Shown: in pieces, positions 25,040 through 47,269 of the stretch
How the letters are laid out: every line of letters begins with the position of its first letter
Position numbering within the stretch: position 1 is the stretch's first letter
From: Macrostomum lignano
Taxonomy: Eukaryota
Assembly: GCA_002269645.1 (NCBI GenBank)
Contig: NIVC01000794.1
Coordinates: 36,106 to 100,105 of the forward strand
Reading direction: 5' to 3'
DNA length: 64,000 bases
Program-made: the position numbers and the translations under genes
Notes under the pieces: model-generated
Told to the model about the DNA's origin: nothing
The model's input: only the letters and a program-made list of their open reading frames with translations
Databases searched by the model: none

Positions 25040-25505
25040 TTAGGTCATCAGATTTAGGTCAGTGCTCAAGTTTAGGCCATTGTCATGTTTAGGTCAGTAT
25101 TCAGTTTTAGGGATTGTCAGATTTAGGTCATTATTCAAGTTTAGGGATTGTCAGATTTAGGTCAGTATTCAAGTTTAGGGATTGTCAGATTTAGGTCAGT
25201 ATTCAAGTATAGGGATTGTCAGATTTAGGTCAGTATTCAAGTTTAGGGATTGTCAGATTTAGGTCATTATTCAAGTTTAGGGATTGTCAGATTTAGGTCA
25301 GTATTCAAGTATAGGGATTGTCAAATTTAGGTCAGTATTCAAGTTTAGGGATTGTCAGATTTAGGTCAGTATTCAAGTTTAGGGATTGTCAGATTTAGGT
25401 CAGTATTCAAGTTTAGGGATTGTCAGATTTAGGTCAGTATTCAAGTTTAGGGATGGTCAGATTTAGGTCAGTATTCAAGTTTAGGGATTGTCAGATTTAG
25501 GTCAG
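25040..25505. repeat. 34-bp minisatellite downstream of the NAGPA stop
   Basis: tttaggtcagtattcaagtttagggattgtcaga, about 12 copies. Confidence 0.92.
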
Positions 25506-25599
25506 TGTCAGCGTTCAAGTTGAGGCCATTGCAGTGTCGTAGGTCAGATGCAGCAGGTCAAACTAAAAGTGAAACTGAAGCCAGACCTGTCAGGCAGTG

Positions 25600-35241
<9,642 letters not shown>

Positions 35242-35787
35242 CTTTCGAAATATCACTCAAGACATAGATAGCTTAATGATTTCAACATAAAAACGATAAG
35301 CACTGTAAACAAGTTCTGACACCCTGTTTAAGTATTTATAATTTTTTATGTACCCAAATCTTCGTAGCCTTCATTTCCTAGTGTTCAGATAGTTCAAGGT
35401 CATGATGTGGGTGGTATACGTATACAATTTTAAAGTTTGTGCGCCTGCAGGGACACTGGTGTGGCCCGGTGTATATTGATTTCGTATAAAACAAGCCAAG
35501 TTAAAACAGCGCGATTTTGTTGAAAACCTACGTTTATAACATTTTTAGTTTTTTTTTAAAATTAAAGACGAGAGAAGTATTTTAGAACTAGTTGCTTCTG
35601 TACCTTAAAACATTATTCTTAAAAGTTACGTGATAATTTCTGCTTAATCTGTATGTTCTTTTTCGTATCTATTGTCGCATTTTCTTGACTTAAAAAATCG
35701 CATCATTTTTCATTTATGAACAGCAAACCTTGGTCGAACTGTATCAATAAAAAGTTTCTCTATTTGCTTTTTTCTCCGGCTACCTAT

Positions 35788-38700
35788 ATGCCTCGGTTAA
35801 CAGTACATAATCAAAAAGGAAAGATTCTCAAAATTCCATTGTGCGTTAATTTTCTGCTTTTAGAAGAAACGTTTAGCCTTGGAAAAATTTCGATCCAATC
35901 TTCCATTAGATATCTGAAGAGTCACATAGAATTAGTTACTGGAATTCCGGCTGAACTACAACAGCTTTCCTATTTGGATGCTGGTAATAACGATCGGAGA
36001 CTTTATTGCTATTTTTCAAATTTTTCATATCATGACATAAAGTCTTTGGTTCAATTAGATCAATAGCTATACTTTTTATTCTAGACTAAAAGAAATATCG
36101 TGAAATTTCTTAGTGCTTGCCCAGTCCATAGAATAAACGAAATATATATTTTTCTACCTGAAAAAAACATTTTTTGTCGCTAATTGTTTCAGGAGTACTA
36201 TCTGATTGCGAGCTAATTAAGAACATCGATATTGTTCCTAATGCAATCTTACATCTAAACTTATGGCACACTTGGAAGGATCTCGTCAGTGCAAGCTGCG
36301 CAAATAATATTGAGTTGGTGAGTTAAAGTTTTATTCTTAATGACAGCAATTGCTTGCTCATACTGTTAGAGCATATATATATGATGAATGTATAATATAC
36401 ATTGTAAAATCTCAGGTATATTGTCAAACATACTTCTTTCTCAATACAATTTACAAACACTTTTAGCACAAGAACATGTGAATTAAATGTTCCTGGAGTT
36501 AAGTTTCTATACAGGTAACATATGCTGAACGCTTCAAGCAATGAAATTTTAATACTTACTTAACATGACTAATACTTAACTTTGCAACTGAATGTTAATT
36601 ATACAAAACATGACTACATATAGTAAATTAAAAAAAACAATTGCTAACAAATTATATTTATCAAGTGGCTTTTTAAAATTAAATTTAATTACATTTTAAC
36701 ATCTCACACTTAATGCATTTTCATTAAAAGTCCATGTATATAATTGTTGGCTAATTATTATTAACATGCAATGCAAAAAGCAATCTACTTTAAGTAAGCT
36801 GTACTGGTAGATTAAATTTAGGAAGAAAAAATATTTTATTATTAAACAATCTATCAAAAACAATTTCAACAAATCTGCTTGCTAGCTACTTTACTTAAGC
36901 AGTTGACGATACAGAAGTTAAACAAACTTATTTTGTTTGAATTAAGTAAGTTTTTATTTGTCTCAAATGCAGCTATTCTCAATGGGCGTTACGAAGGACT
37001 CAGAATTTCAAACGGCCACCTCGGAGTACATGCTGCCGAGGCAGAGGCGCGACTGGCTTGAGCATCGGGCCACAGTAGTGCTGTTCATCGCTTGCCATCG
37101 AGGCTACTACGAACTGGCCCGGCGACTCTTGCAGAGTGGTGGGTGCGGACTTAAAGAAACTAAATAAATAAAAATCTTTTCCTCAAGTTAATCCTAACTA
37201 GTAGATTTTAATTTAATGATACATAACATAGAAAATTCAAGCTTCAAAGTCTAGTCTCTAGTCTATGGCCGAAACCCATGCAAATTAAGCCAGTAACAAT
37301 GGGTTAGGGATGTGGGGGCGAAGCCCTCACTTCAGCACCATAGAAATATTTTCATAAAGAAGGTCATAGACATTAGTAGAAAAGAATTTAGGAAGTGGCT
37401 AGGGAGAAGAGAAGGGCACTATGACAATGACTATTCCGGTTGTCTGGAAGTGGAACTTCCAAAGAGTATTGAGGTCGCCTAGTATAGAGTGCCAATAAGG
37501 ATGAAAATCTGAAGCCGATTTTTAGAATCCACCCACCCCCTCCGGTCACCAAGCTTTTTAGTCTATGGCACAAGTTGTGGCTAGAATGGTGTAGAAAGCC
37601 GATGCTCAGAAATATAAGACATTTCACACTTAGAAAATGCATGCATCAAATAAGCAAGACAACATCGCTCAGACTCAGTTGCCGTCGTCGATACACAACT
37701 TGTGCCATAGACTAAAAAGCTTGGTGACCGGAGGGGGTGGGTGGATTCTAAAAACCGGCTTCAGATTTTCATCCTTATTGGCACTCTATACTAGGCGACC
37801 TCAATACTCTTTGGGAACTTCTTACGGGCCTCTAGGTCTATTTCTAAGATAATCGAGTGTAGTTTTACCATAGACAAAGTCAATTATGACAAGGTCGTAG
37901 AGTTATAAACATTGGAAGAGTTATTAAAAAAATAAAATTCCCAACTAGTTCGTAAAGCATTCTGCACCGAAAACCGACATCACCTGTAGGTGACGTTATT
38001 AAATTATTTAGTTGACAATACTTCACCTGCTACCTACACAGCTGTCAAACTGCATGATTGACAGGTGCAAACGTCAATTGTCAGACAGGAGCCGGAAGGA
38101 CGCCTCTGCACGTGGCAGCCGCCGTAGACAACTGCGACATTGTCGACCTACTGCTGGAGAACGGTAAGTCTGAAGTCTTAACCTTATTTAAAATCATAAA
38201 TGCTAAAACTAAATATTTAGCTTGCATAATGATGCTACCTAAGGTACTTTCATTTGAATGTCTACTGTTTGAGCTTTCTCTTATTATAAGTTTCAGCGAT
38301 GAAAAAAACTAATTCCAAAACATTTATGATCAATTATCCTATCTTTCGGGCAGAAATGGGAAGTGTCAAGGTCTCCGTTACTTCTCTTCTCTCTGTCTCT
38401 CCTCTGTCTCTTTACCTGTCTCTCTCTCCCTGTCTCTCTCGCTGGCAGAGAGAGACAGAGAGAGACAGAGACGCTCCCTGTCTCTCCCCTGTCTCCCTCT
38501 CTCTCCCTGTCTCTCTCCCTGCCTCTCTCCCTGCCTCTCTCCCTCTCTCTCTCGCTGGCTCTTCCCCGTCTCCCCCTGTCTCTCTCAGTGTCTCTCCCTG
38601 TCTCTCTCCTGTCTCTCCCCTGTCTCTCCCCTATCTCTCTCCCTGCCTCTCTCCCTGCCTCTCTCCCTCTCTCTCTCGATGGCTCTTCCCCGTCTCTCCC

Positions 38701-39055
38701 TGTCTCTCTCCGTGTCTCTCCATGTCTCTCTCCGTGTCTCTTCTCTGTCTCTCCCCTGTCTCTCCCCTGTCTCTCTCCCTGTCTCTCTCCATGTCTCTCT
38801 CCGTGTCTCTTCTCTGTCTCTCCCCTGTCTCTCCCCTGTCTCTCTCCCTGTCTCTCTCCCTCTCTCTCTCTCGCTGGCTCTTCCCTGTCTCTCCCTATCT
38901 CTCGTGTCTCTCTCAAAAGTCTCTGTATCCGGCCCGGGTTCTTTGAAACTTCACAATAGCAATCCGGCCCGCTCAAGGTTTGTGTCTCTTTTCAGCTCTC
39001 TTCTCTCTAATCTCTCTCTCTCTCTCTCTCTCACTCTCTCTTTCACTCTCTCTCT

Positions 39056-39103
<48 letters not shown>

Positions 39104-42100
39104 CTTTCCTCTCCTTTTCTCTCCTCTTCTCCTCCCTCCTTTCCTCTCCTCCCCTTTCCTTTCCTCTCCTCTTCTTTTCTCTCCTCTCCCTTCTCTCCTC
39201 TCCTTTATCCTCTCCATTTTCTTCTTTCTCCCCTCCTACTTTATCTCTCTTCTCCTCTCTTCTTTATTCCCTTGTTTCTCATTTCTCCTATGTCTCATCT
39301 CTGTTTCATCTCTTTTCTCCTCTCCTCAGGCCCGCAGTCATGTGCTGGGTTCTCTGTGTCTGGCCCTCAATGTAAAAACGTTTGCCGACCCCTGAAATAA
39401 ACAATTGTAACAAACAAATAGGATTTGATCATCCCCACCCACCACCACCATTACCGCAGGCGCAAACACCGACCTCACGGACTCGGGCGTCGGCAGTCAG
39501 GCACCTGGCAACAACAAGCTGGCGATGGCTGGCAAAACTGCCCACGATTTGGCCGCAGCCGCCGGTCACAAAGCCTGCGAACGCCGCCTGTTCATGCACC
39601 GCTGGGAGAAGCGAGTTTACGCCAGCAGAAGTAACCAGTCCAGCGCCGCTAGCAACTCCAAGGACGATCCTGGACTGCTAGTAGAAGCTCAGGAGACAGT
39701 AGGCGGTACAGCCGTCAGTTCAGCAGCTAGCGATGAAATTAAAGACAGGTAGGAAGGTATATCAATCCAGCAGGAACGTCTAGCGCGATGCTCTGATGTG
39801 CCAGCGACCCAGGCTCGATTCCAAGTGCAGTCGCATTAATTTGGGGCTGAATTGGAATCTCGGCTTGGCTCTGCTCACAGATACTAGAATAACTAAATGG
39901 GCCACTCAGGCATATATACTTAGTAAAACAGCTTTCTACTTTCAGTTCAGTAGCAAAGAAGAATGCAAAAGCTATTTTATAAAAATAACGGCAGCTGAAA
40001 CGACTTTGATAAGTTTAGAAGTCCCAAGCTTGCAGGCGTAAACAACCTTGCTAATTGGTTTAGCAATAATGTACATTAGCCAGTCCACTGAAATGTACAT
40101 GGCAGCTTTAGGCTGGAATTCCGAGAAAGGCAATAAAAATTGGAGTGGGGCGGGGAGATAGTGTGGAAAGATGCTCTTGGAGGGTTTACTTTAAGCTGAG
40201 GGGGAAAGAGCCAATAAATGAGCCTTGGCTTTAACAGTGCATTAAAATGCTTCTATTATACTTACTACTGAATTCAAAGTAGCTTACACGCAAATGTGCT
40301 GAGTGGCCCATCTAGTTATTCTAGTATCTGTGGGTCTGCTCGGCAGTTAACGTCCAACGATAAATGCCTACATGCCTAACGATAAATAAAGTGGTAGCTA
40401 TCTCGCTGATGATAAGATGAGGGAAAGATAAGGAAGAAAATGGAGATGAGGGAGAGAAGGGAGTGAAGGGAGGGATGAGGAAGAGGAAGGGGATGACTTC
40501 GCTCTCCTACTAAAATCTGATTTAATTTAATATTAAACGATTACTTCTCCATCCGAATGGGCAGCTGGGAAATACGCTGCTATACTACTATAGATCTGAG
40601 TTCAGTAGCGTTACCTTAAAGAAAATTTAGCAGCTCCGATCGTACTTGGGAATCTATGGGATGGCAGTCTATATGGGATGGCAGTCTATATGGGATGGCA
40701 GTCTATATGGGATGGCAGTCTATATGGGATGGGAGTCTATATGGGATGGGAGTCTATGGGATGGCAGTCTACGGGATGGGAGTCTACGGGATGGGAGTCT
40801 ATGGGATAGGAGTCTATGGGATTGGAGTCTGTGGGATGGGAGTCTGTGGGATGGGAGTCTGTGGGATGGGAGTCTGTGGGATGGGAGTCTGTGGGATGGG
40901 AGTCTGTGGGATGAGAGTCTGTGGGATGGGAGTCTGTGGGATGGGAGTCTATGGGATGGGAGTCTGTGGGATGGGAGTCTGTGTGATGAGAGTCTGTGGG
41001 ATGGGAGTCTGTGGGATGGGAGTCTGTGGGATGGGAGTCTGTGGGATGGGAGTCTGTGGGATGGGAGTCTGTGGGAAGGGAGTCTGTGGGATGGGAGTCT
41101 GTGGGATGGGAGTCTGTGGGATGGGAGTCTGTGGGATGGGAGGCTATGGGATCGGAGTCTGCTAGAATATATTCTTGTGTCGATAAATGGAGATAAATGC
41201 ATTATCAACTCATGCATACAACCCCTATACTAATTCTCTTCATGCAGGGAGCCAACCCAGATTTCGAGCGTGGGATTCGGCCGGTCCCGTAGTGAAAAGA
41301 CTCAGTCAAGTTTACAAAAGACCGCACACAATCCTATGACCAAAGGTGCCACCGCGGTTGCAGCGAGGTTGGTTACTTTGTTAATGCTAATCCATTTCTT
41401 TAGAATTTGCTTCCACTCGATTTCATAAAACTGCTTCCAGCCTATTTCCGCAGAAACTGCCACACTCAATTTCTACAGAAACTGCCACACTCCATTTCCG
41501 CAGAAACTGCCAATTCATTTCCGCAGAAACTGCCACACTCCATTTCCGCAGAAACTGCCACACTCAATTTCTACAGAAACTGCCACACTCCATTTGCGCA
41601 GAAACTGCCACACTCCATTTCCGCAGAAACTGCCACACTCCATTTCCGCAGAAGCTGCCACACTCCATTTCCACAGAAACTGTCACTTCATTTTCATTCA
41701 ACGATGACCTGAGATAAAAGTCCATAAGTACTTTTCATTTGCCCCTGTTTCAGCGACACCAAAAAGAGATCTCAGCAGCAGAAGCAGCCAACGCGTCAAG
41801 CTCAAACGCGTCCTCGCGAGCAGCAGCAGCAGCAGCGGCGTCAGCCTGAGCTCGTGCTAAACCAGCTAATCGAAGCCGCGGCCACAAAACTAAGCGATAT
41901 TCAGCCTGTCAATCAGGTTGATGAATCAGTGACTGCAGCATCAGCTGTACCTCCCAGCGGTTCAACCATTATCGGCAGGCGCAGAGGCCCCGTGGATCCG
42001 GATCTAAACGCCTACGAACAGTGGCTAAAAGATCGCGATTCAGGTGCTAATTATACTACTACTGCCACTGGCCAGGCTGCAGTGGACAGTAGTATAAATA

Positions 42101-42180
42101 GAGAATCGAAACCGATTCTACCTCCATACCAGTTGATGATTGAAGAATTTTGCAGAGAAAAATGCTCTAATGACTACTAA
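35788..42180 (+). CDS. ANKRD60: ANKRD60-like protein (ubiquitin-like domain plus ankyrin repeats); join 35788..35983,36193..36317,36973..37138,38065..38163,39460..39748,41248..41367,41754..42180
   Basis: ELVTGIPAELQQLSYLDAGVLSD (UBL), LFSMGVTKDSEFQTATSEY, VLFIACHRGYYE, GRTPLHVAAA, GKTAHDLA and CERRLF match the ANKRD60 architecture as I recall it. Phases are consistent. The start codon and the two low-complexity 3' exons are less certain. Confidence 0.82.
37460..37813. mobile_element. P-superfamily-like MITE (354 bp) with ~125-bp inverted arms (ANKRD60 intron 3)
   Basis: Termini caaagagtattgagg/cctcaatactctttg and 8-bp TSD ggaacttc (37452-37459, 37814-37821). CAAAG ends with an 8-bp TSD fit the P superfamily. 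Confidence 0.85.
38385..39330. repeat. CT-rich low-complexity and minisatellite tract (ANKRD60 intron 4)
   Basis: ctgtctctctccc units followed by (CT)n and pyrimidine runs. Confidence 0.92.
40635..41160. repeat. 15-bp G-rich minisatellite (ANKRD60 intron 5)
   Basis: gggatgggagtct(a/g)t, about 35 copies. Confidence 0.95.
41445..41685. repeat. 25-bp minisatellite (ANKRD60 intron 6)
   Basis: catttccgcagaaactgccacactc, about 9 copies. Confidence 0.9.
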
Positions 42181-42461
42181 AACTCTATTTGAGTATTGAG
42201 TAGCAATTTGAGGTCTTATAGTCAAAACAGATCTGTTTGATACATTGTTTATGGTTCCTGCAATGGCACTTGTACTCTTTAACTGTTTCTCAAGCAATGT
42301 TTTTTTTATTTCTTTTAATTTACACGGTAGAGTAATTTTTTTCTGCACAGCCAAATTTGTTTACCAGGCTTCAATGAAAAAATCCATTTCGGGCATTTTA
42401 TTGTCTTGCTAAATCTATTTAGTCTACTCAAGTTAGTAGAAGGTACGCCCTAACACGACTC

Positions 42462-42880
42462 TTGGATGACTCTCTTTCACGACTCTTTTGGGTGACTCTC
42501 TTTCACGACTCTTTTGGGTGACTCTCTTTCACGACTCTTTTGGATGACTCTCTTTCACGACTCTTTTGGATGACTCTCTTTCACGACTCTTTTGGATGAC
42601 TCTCTTTCACGACTCTTTTGGATGACTCTCTTTCACGACTCTTTTGGATGACTCTCTTTCACGACTCTTTTGGATGACTCTCTTTCACGACTCTTTTGGA
42701 TGACTCTCTTTCACGACTCTTTTGGATGACTCTCTTTCACGACTCTTTTGGATGACTCTCTTTCACGACTCTTTTGGATGACTCTCTTTCACGACTCTTT
42801 TGGATTACTCTCTTTCACGACTCTTTTGGATGACTCTCTTTCACGACTCTTTTGGATGACTCTCTTTCACGACTCTTTCG
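42462..42880. repeat. 26-bp minisatellite, about 16 copies
   Basis: tggatgactctctttcacgactcttt. Confidence 0.95.
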
Positions 42881-43888
42881 ATTCGGCAACTCTAGTGATG
42901 CGCCCGCGACTCAGCAGTCGCCTCTCCGTCGTAAGGACAGTCGTTTGAGTCGTTGAAAAGTCACCAGAATCCCCAACGATGCAGAAATTAAGCAGAAACA
43001 CTTGAAGCTTCGATGCCCAGTTAGTCAGCGATTAAGCAAAGACTTAATCGAAAAATTAATATAATGATATATGCTTTTTATTCTCAAAGTATATTAGCCA
43101 TTTTTATTATCACATACTAAAGCTATACACTATGAATATGTATCAATGACAAAATGAACAATGCCAACAATTAAAACAAAACTGCAATGCCCGAGAATGA
43201 TTGCTGTATTATAATATTGTAGCCGGGGCTACTGACGGAAAAAATTGTTTTAAAAAATAATGGTAAACCAGGAAAAATTAAATGGATTGCACATCAATGG
43301 ATTGGACCGAGCGTTGCCGTTGAAGAGAAATTAGATAAAAATATGTCAACTAAGTGGCTAATAAGAAATTAAAGCTTATCATTTTCAAATGAAACTTTCA
43401 TAGCTAATTATTTAAAAACAGAAGCAGTAGCTCAACAACTTAAGCTAAAAAATAAACTATAAAAGAAGTCGAGGCAAAAGATTCAAAAACCTCAATGTCA
43501 GAAATAAACTGTGTACAAAAAAGCTTATAAGACTAGGCAAAAAATAAATTGCTTTCTTTATATAAAGCGAAAACCTACTGGTGTGAGAGAATGGCATGCG
43601 ATTCTCTACCTACCTGCTTTTTAATGGCCATGAGACAATTTGACAAAAAAACCGAAAATGTACAAACAATGATTTTGTGAATGCGATCGAAAATATTAGT
43701 ATGATATAGCTTATAAACTATAATAGAAAAAATCTGATACAAAACATTAGAAGAATGTTTCAATGAATTGCGTTTTAATCAATTTAGAATTTTGTTTTTT
43801 CCCAAAATAAAACAAATAAAGGTGGTAGTTAACCTGGATGTAGCTAGTCTACTTACATAGTAAACGTTATCGTGTTTAATTGGAAAGA

Positions 43889-44190
43889 ACTGAAGATGCT
43901 AGTCAGCCCGCTTCACCCGGAGGGGGGCACTACTCTAGTCTAATATACTAAAATGGCATCATGACTGAAGATGCTAGTCAGCCCTCTTCACCCGGAGGGG
44001 GGCACTACTCTAGTCTAATATACTAAAATGGCATCATGACTGAAGATGCTAGTCAGCCCTCTTCACCCGGAGGGGGGCACTACTCTAGTCTAATATACTA
44101 AAATGGCATCATGACTGAAGATGCTAGTCAGCCCTCTTCACCCGGAGGGGGGACTATTACTAGTCTAATATACTAAAATGGCATAATGAC
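43889..44190. repeat. 75-bp tandem repeat x4
   Basis: tgaagatgctagtcagcc... recurs at 43891, 43966, 44041 and 44116. Confidence 0.95.
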
Positions 44191-44344
44191 CAAGGATGTC
44201 CCCACCCAAAGAAGGGCACTGTAGCTAATCTAAAATACAAAAATAGTTAAGGTAACAATCTGTAACTTTCTGACACCTGCTATGCCATATTAAAATTATA
44301 AGAATAACCTGATTGTACACTCGTGGCCTACAGCCTTCCTCCGT

Positions 44345-46341
44345 CTATTCCCCAGTCGGGTCTACAAAGGCCCAGATTTCTAAATCGCGCACTAGAAAAT
44401 CTTCTTCAGTAGAGTCGCCGCACAGCACCGGACTATTGAAGGTCTCGCAAGGCTGCGAGCGGCCACGGCAAAGATCGGCGTCTAGCCAGATTGCGCAACG
44501 ACCGCCGGAGCTGCCAATGGCGAAGTGGTCCAGATCGCCACGCATAAAGAACATGTTCTCGCCCGTCCAAGCGTATTGATAGAAGTCTTTGTCTGCTTCG
44601 CACTCGGCTGAGCCATCGTTTGAGTCTTTGTCGCTTTCTGAATTATCTGAACTTGCTTCGCCGGCAAGTTGACCTTGGCCATGTGACTGTTTGCTGAAAA
44701 TAATTTACGAAGTTGTCACTTGGGCGACGTAGAGACAACATGTGATGTAACACACGTATGAGCGAATGCAATGCCCAAGCTAGGGTAAGAAAGTAGGATT
44801 TCTAAGGCTGTCGAACTGTTGGGGAATCAGCGAGATGGAATTCAATGACAATCTACCAGATGGGAATCTATGAGATGAGAGTCTATGGGATTAGAACCTA
44901 TGGATGGGAGTCTATGGGATGGGAATCTATGTGATGGGAATCTATGGGATGGGAATCTATGAGATGGGAATCTATGGGATGGGAGTCTGTGGGATGGGAG
45001 TCTGTGGGATGGGAATCTATGTGATGGGAGTCTGTGGGATGGGAGTCTATGGGTTGGGAATCTATAGGATGGCAATCTATAGATGAGAATCTATGGATGG
45101 GAATCTATAGGATGAGTCTATGGGATGGGAATCTATGGGATGAGTCTATGGGATGGGAATCCATGAGATGGGAATCTATGAGATGAGTCTATGGGATGGG
45201 AATCTATGGGATGGGAATCTATGAGATGAGTCTATGGGATGGGAATACATGGGATGGGAATCTATGAGATGAGTCTATGGGATGGGAATCTATGGGATGG
45301 GAGTCTATGGGTTGGGAATCTACGGGATGGGAGTCTATGGGTTGGGAATCTACGGGATGGGAGTCTATGGGATGGGAATCTACGGGATGGGAATCTATGG
45401 GATGGGAATCTACGGGATGGGAGTCTATGGGATGGGAGTCTATGGGTTGGGAGTCTATGGGATGGGAGTCTATGGGATGGGAGTCTATGGGATGGGAGTC
45501 TATGGGCTGGGAGTCTATGGGATGGGAGTCTATGGGATGGGAGTCTATGGGATGGGAGTCTATGGGATGGGAATCCATAGGATGGGAAGTTATGGATTGG
45601 AGTCTACATAAAAGCAATGAAATAAATTAGCGACACGCCAGCCAATAATTGTAATACATTGCACTTCTCCTCACCACTCGGGCCTCTCCAGCGGAACACG
45701 AACGTCTCTCCAGTTCCATAGTAGCGTCGTTCGGACACGCGCAGCTCCGCCGATAGAAAAGCGCCAAACAGGCGCTCAGTCACGGTTGCCACTAGCAACA
45801 GGCAGTAGGGCTCCCGGGCGCCCATGCAGCTCTCTGTCGCTGTCAGTCGACAAGCTCGATAGGCCGACTTCAACGAGAAGCCGTCCCGACGAGCCGAGTG
45901 CACCAGCCGCAGGTCAAGTCCTTCCGCTCGGCTGGGCAGCGCGGCGACAACATGTCGAAGCCGGCGATGGTTCAGCAGCCATCGACGTCGAGCCGACGAC
46001 GGCGACGATGTCGATAGGCGACGCGGCAAAGGCAGGTCGGAACGAGTCGGCAGAACGGCGGCGACATTGGCGGATTCTTTTGAATCGGCCACTGTCGTCG
46101 GGGTGGCGCTCATGGCAGCCAGAAGGCCCCGATAATAGTCCGGGTGACTGCAGTCGGACGCCGTTGCGGCGGCGGAGGCGGCGGCCGCTGCCACGTCATC
46201 AGCCGTGATGTCGTCGTAGCTGTCGTTGTCATCGTCGTATTCCTCCGCCGAGGAGGACGCGGCGACGTCGATTTCCACGGCGGCGACGTCAGCGCAGTCC
46301 TTGGCTTCGTTGGCAGCCTGGGAGTCGCCGCTGGCTGGCTG
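44345..46341 (-). CDS. TLDc-domain protein (OXR1/NCOA7 family), 5' end unresolved; complement(join 44345..44637,45675..46341)
   Basis: LVHSARRDGFSLKSAY, LFGAFLSAELRVSERRYYGTGETFVF, YAWTGENMFFMRGD, AIWLDADLCRGRSQPCETF and LEIWAF. Phase-1 GT-AG intron at 44638-45674. Confidence 0.88.
44855..45605. repeat. 15-bp minisatellite in the TLDc intron, same family as 40635-41160
   Basis: gggatggga(g/a)tctat units. Confidence 0.95.
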
Positions 46342-46514
46342 CTGATGTACAAGGCGTTATTGACAGATTTGGTTTGATTGACAGGCGTGCTTGGGCGCAC
46401 TTTAAGCGACATTGTCACACAACCGGCTAGAGGCATTACTGACTGCCCATTTCGCCGACTCCCCTGAGCAGGCACACAAGAGCGCAGATACGTACGCAGC
46501 CATACGAAGTGTAC

Positions 46515-46790
46515 TGTACAGGGACACAGGGGCATGGAGGACACAAGGGACATGGGGGACACAGGGGCATGGAGGACACAAGGGACATGGGGGACACAGG
46601 GGGCATGGGGGACACAGGGGGCATGGGGACACAGGGGGCATGGGGGATACAGGGGCATGGGGGACACAGGGGCATGGGGGACACAGGGGGCATGGGGGAC
46701 ACAGGGGGCATGGGGGACACAAAGGGGCATGGGGACACAGGGGCATGGGGGACACAGGGGCATGAAAAGGACGCAGGAGGGGCATGAGTG
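46515..46790. repeat. ~17-bp G-rich minisatellite
   Basis: ggggacacagggggcat units. Confidence 0.9.
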
Positions 46791-47269
46791 AGTGACAATG
46801 AAACCAAAAAGGACATATAAAAATTAACAGAAAAGCGACTGCCGAACTGCTAAGAACTTGAATTACCTGGCAAAGCAAAAATATAAAAAACATTTTACAA
46901 TCAGTTAGCTAGTAATAAAAAATCAGCTACGTTGCAGAAATTATCGATCTACAAAATTATTAATCCTGGGTTAGGGTGAAATGCCTGCTGTTACAACAAA
47001 ATCCTACCGCTAGTGACTGTGTACACATTAATTTTTCGACTCAATACCATGCTTGATTCAAGTGGTAGGCAATGTCTGCTAGAAATTTCATGTCAGATTG
47101 CAAATATTAAAAAAAATTGCTGAAATTTTTAACTTATGATCCGATAAAAGAGGATTTTATCTACTCCAGAGGGGTAAAGAGCTTTTTATACTAAAAATAA
47201 CCATATTTTTATAAGGAAAATTCCGTATTTCACAACCGTAACTAAGTTGTTTCTAAACTTTCAGAGCCT

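Noticed and set aside
25040-25505. Inverted similarity between the 34-bp array and the 23-bp array across NAGPA exon 8
   Set aside because: The gapped match is weak and compatible with compositional chance.
43889-44190. Regular repeats resembling a CRISPR array (also 19098-19416 and 42462-42880)
   Set aside because: Head-to-tail units without unique spacers, eukaryotic context, no cas genes.
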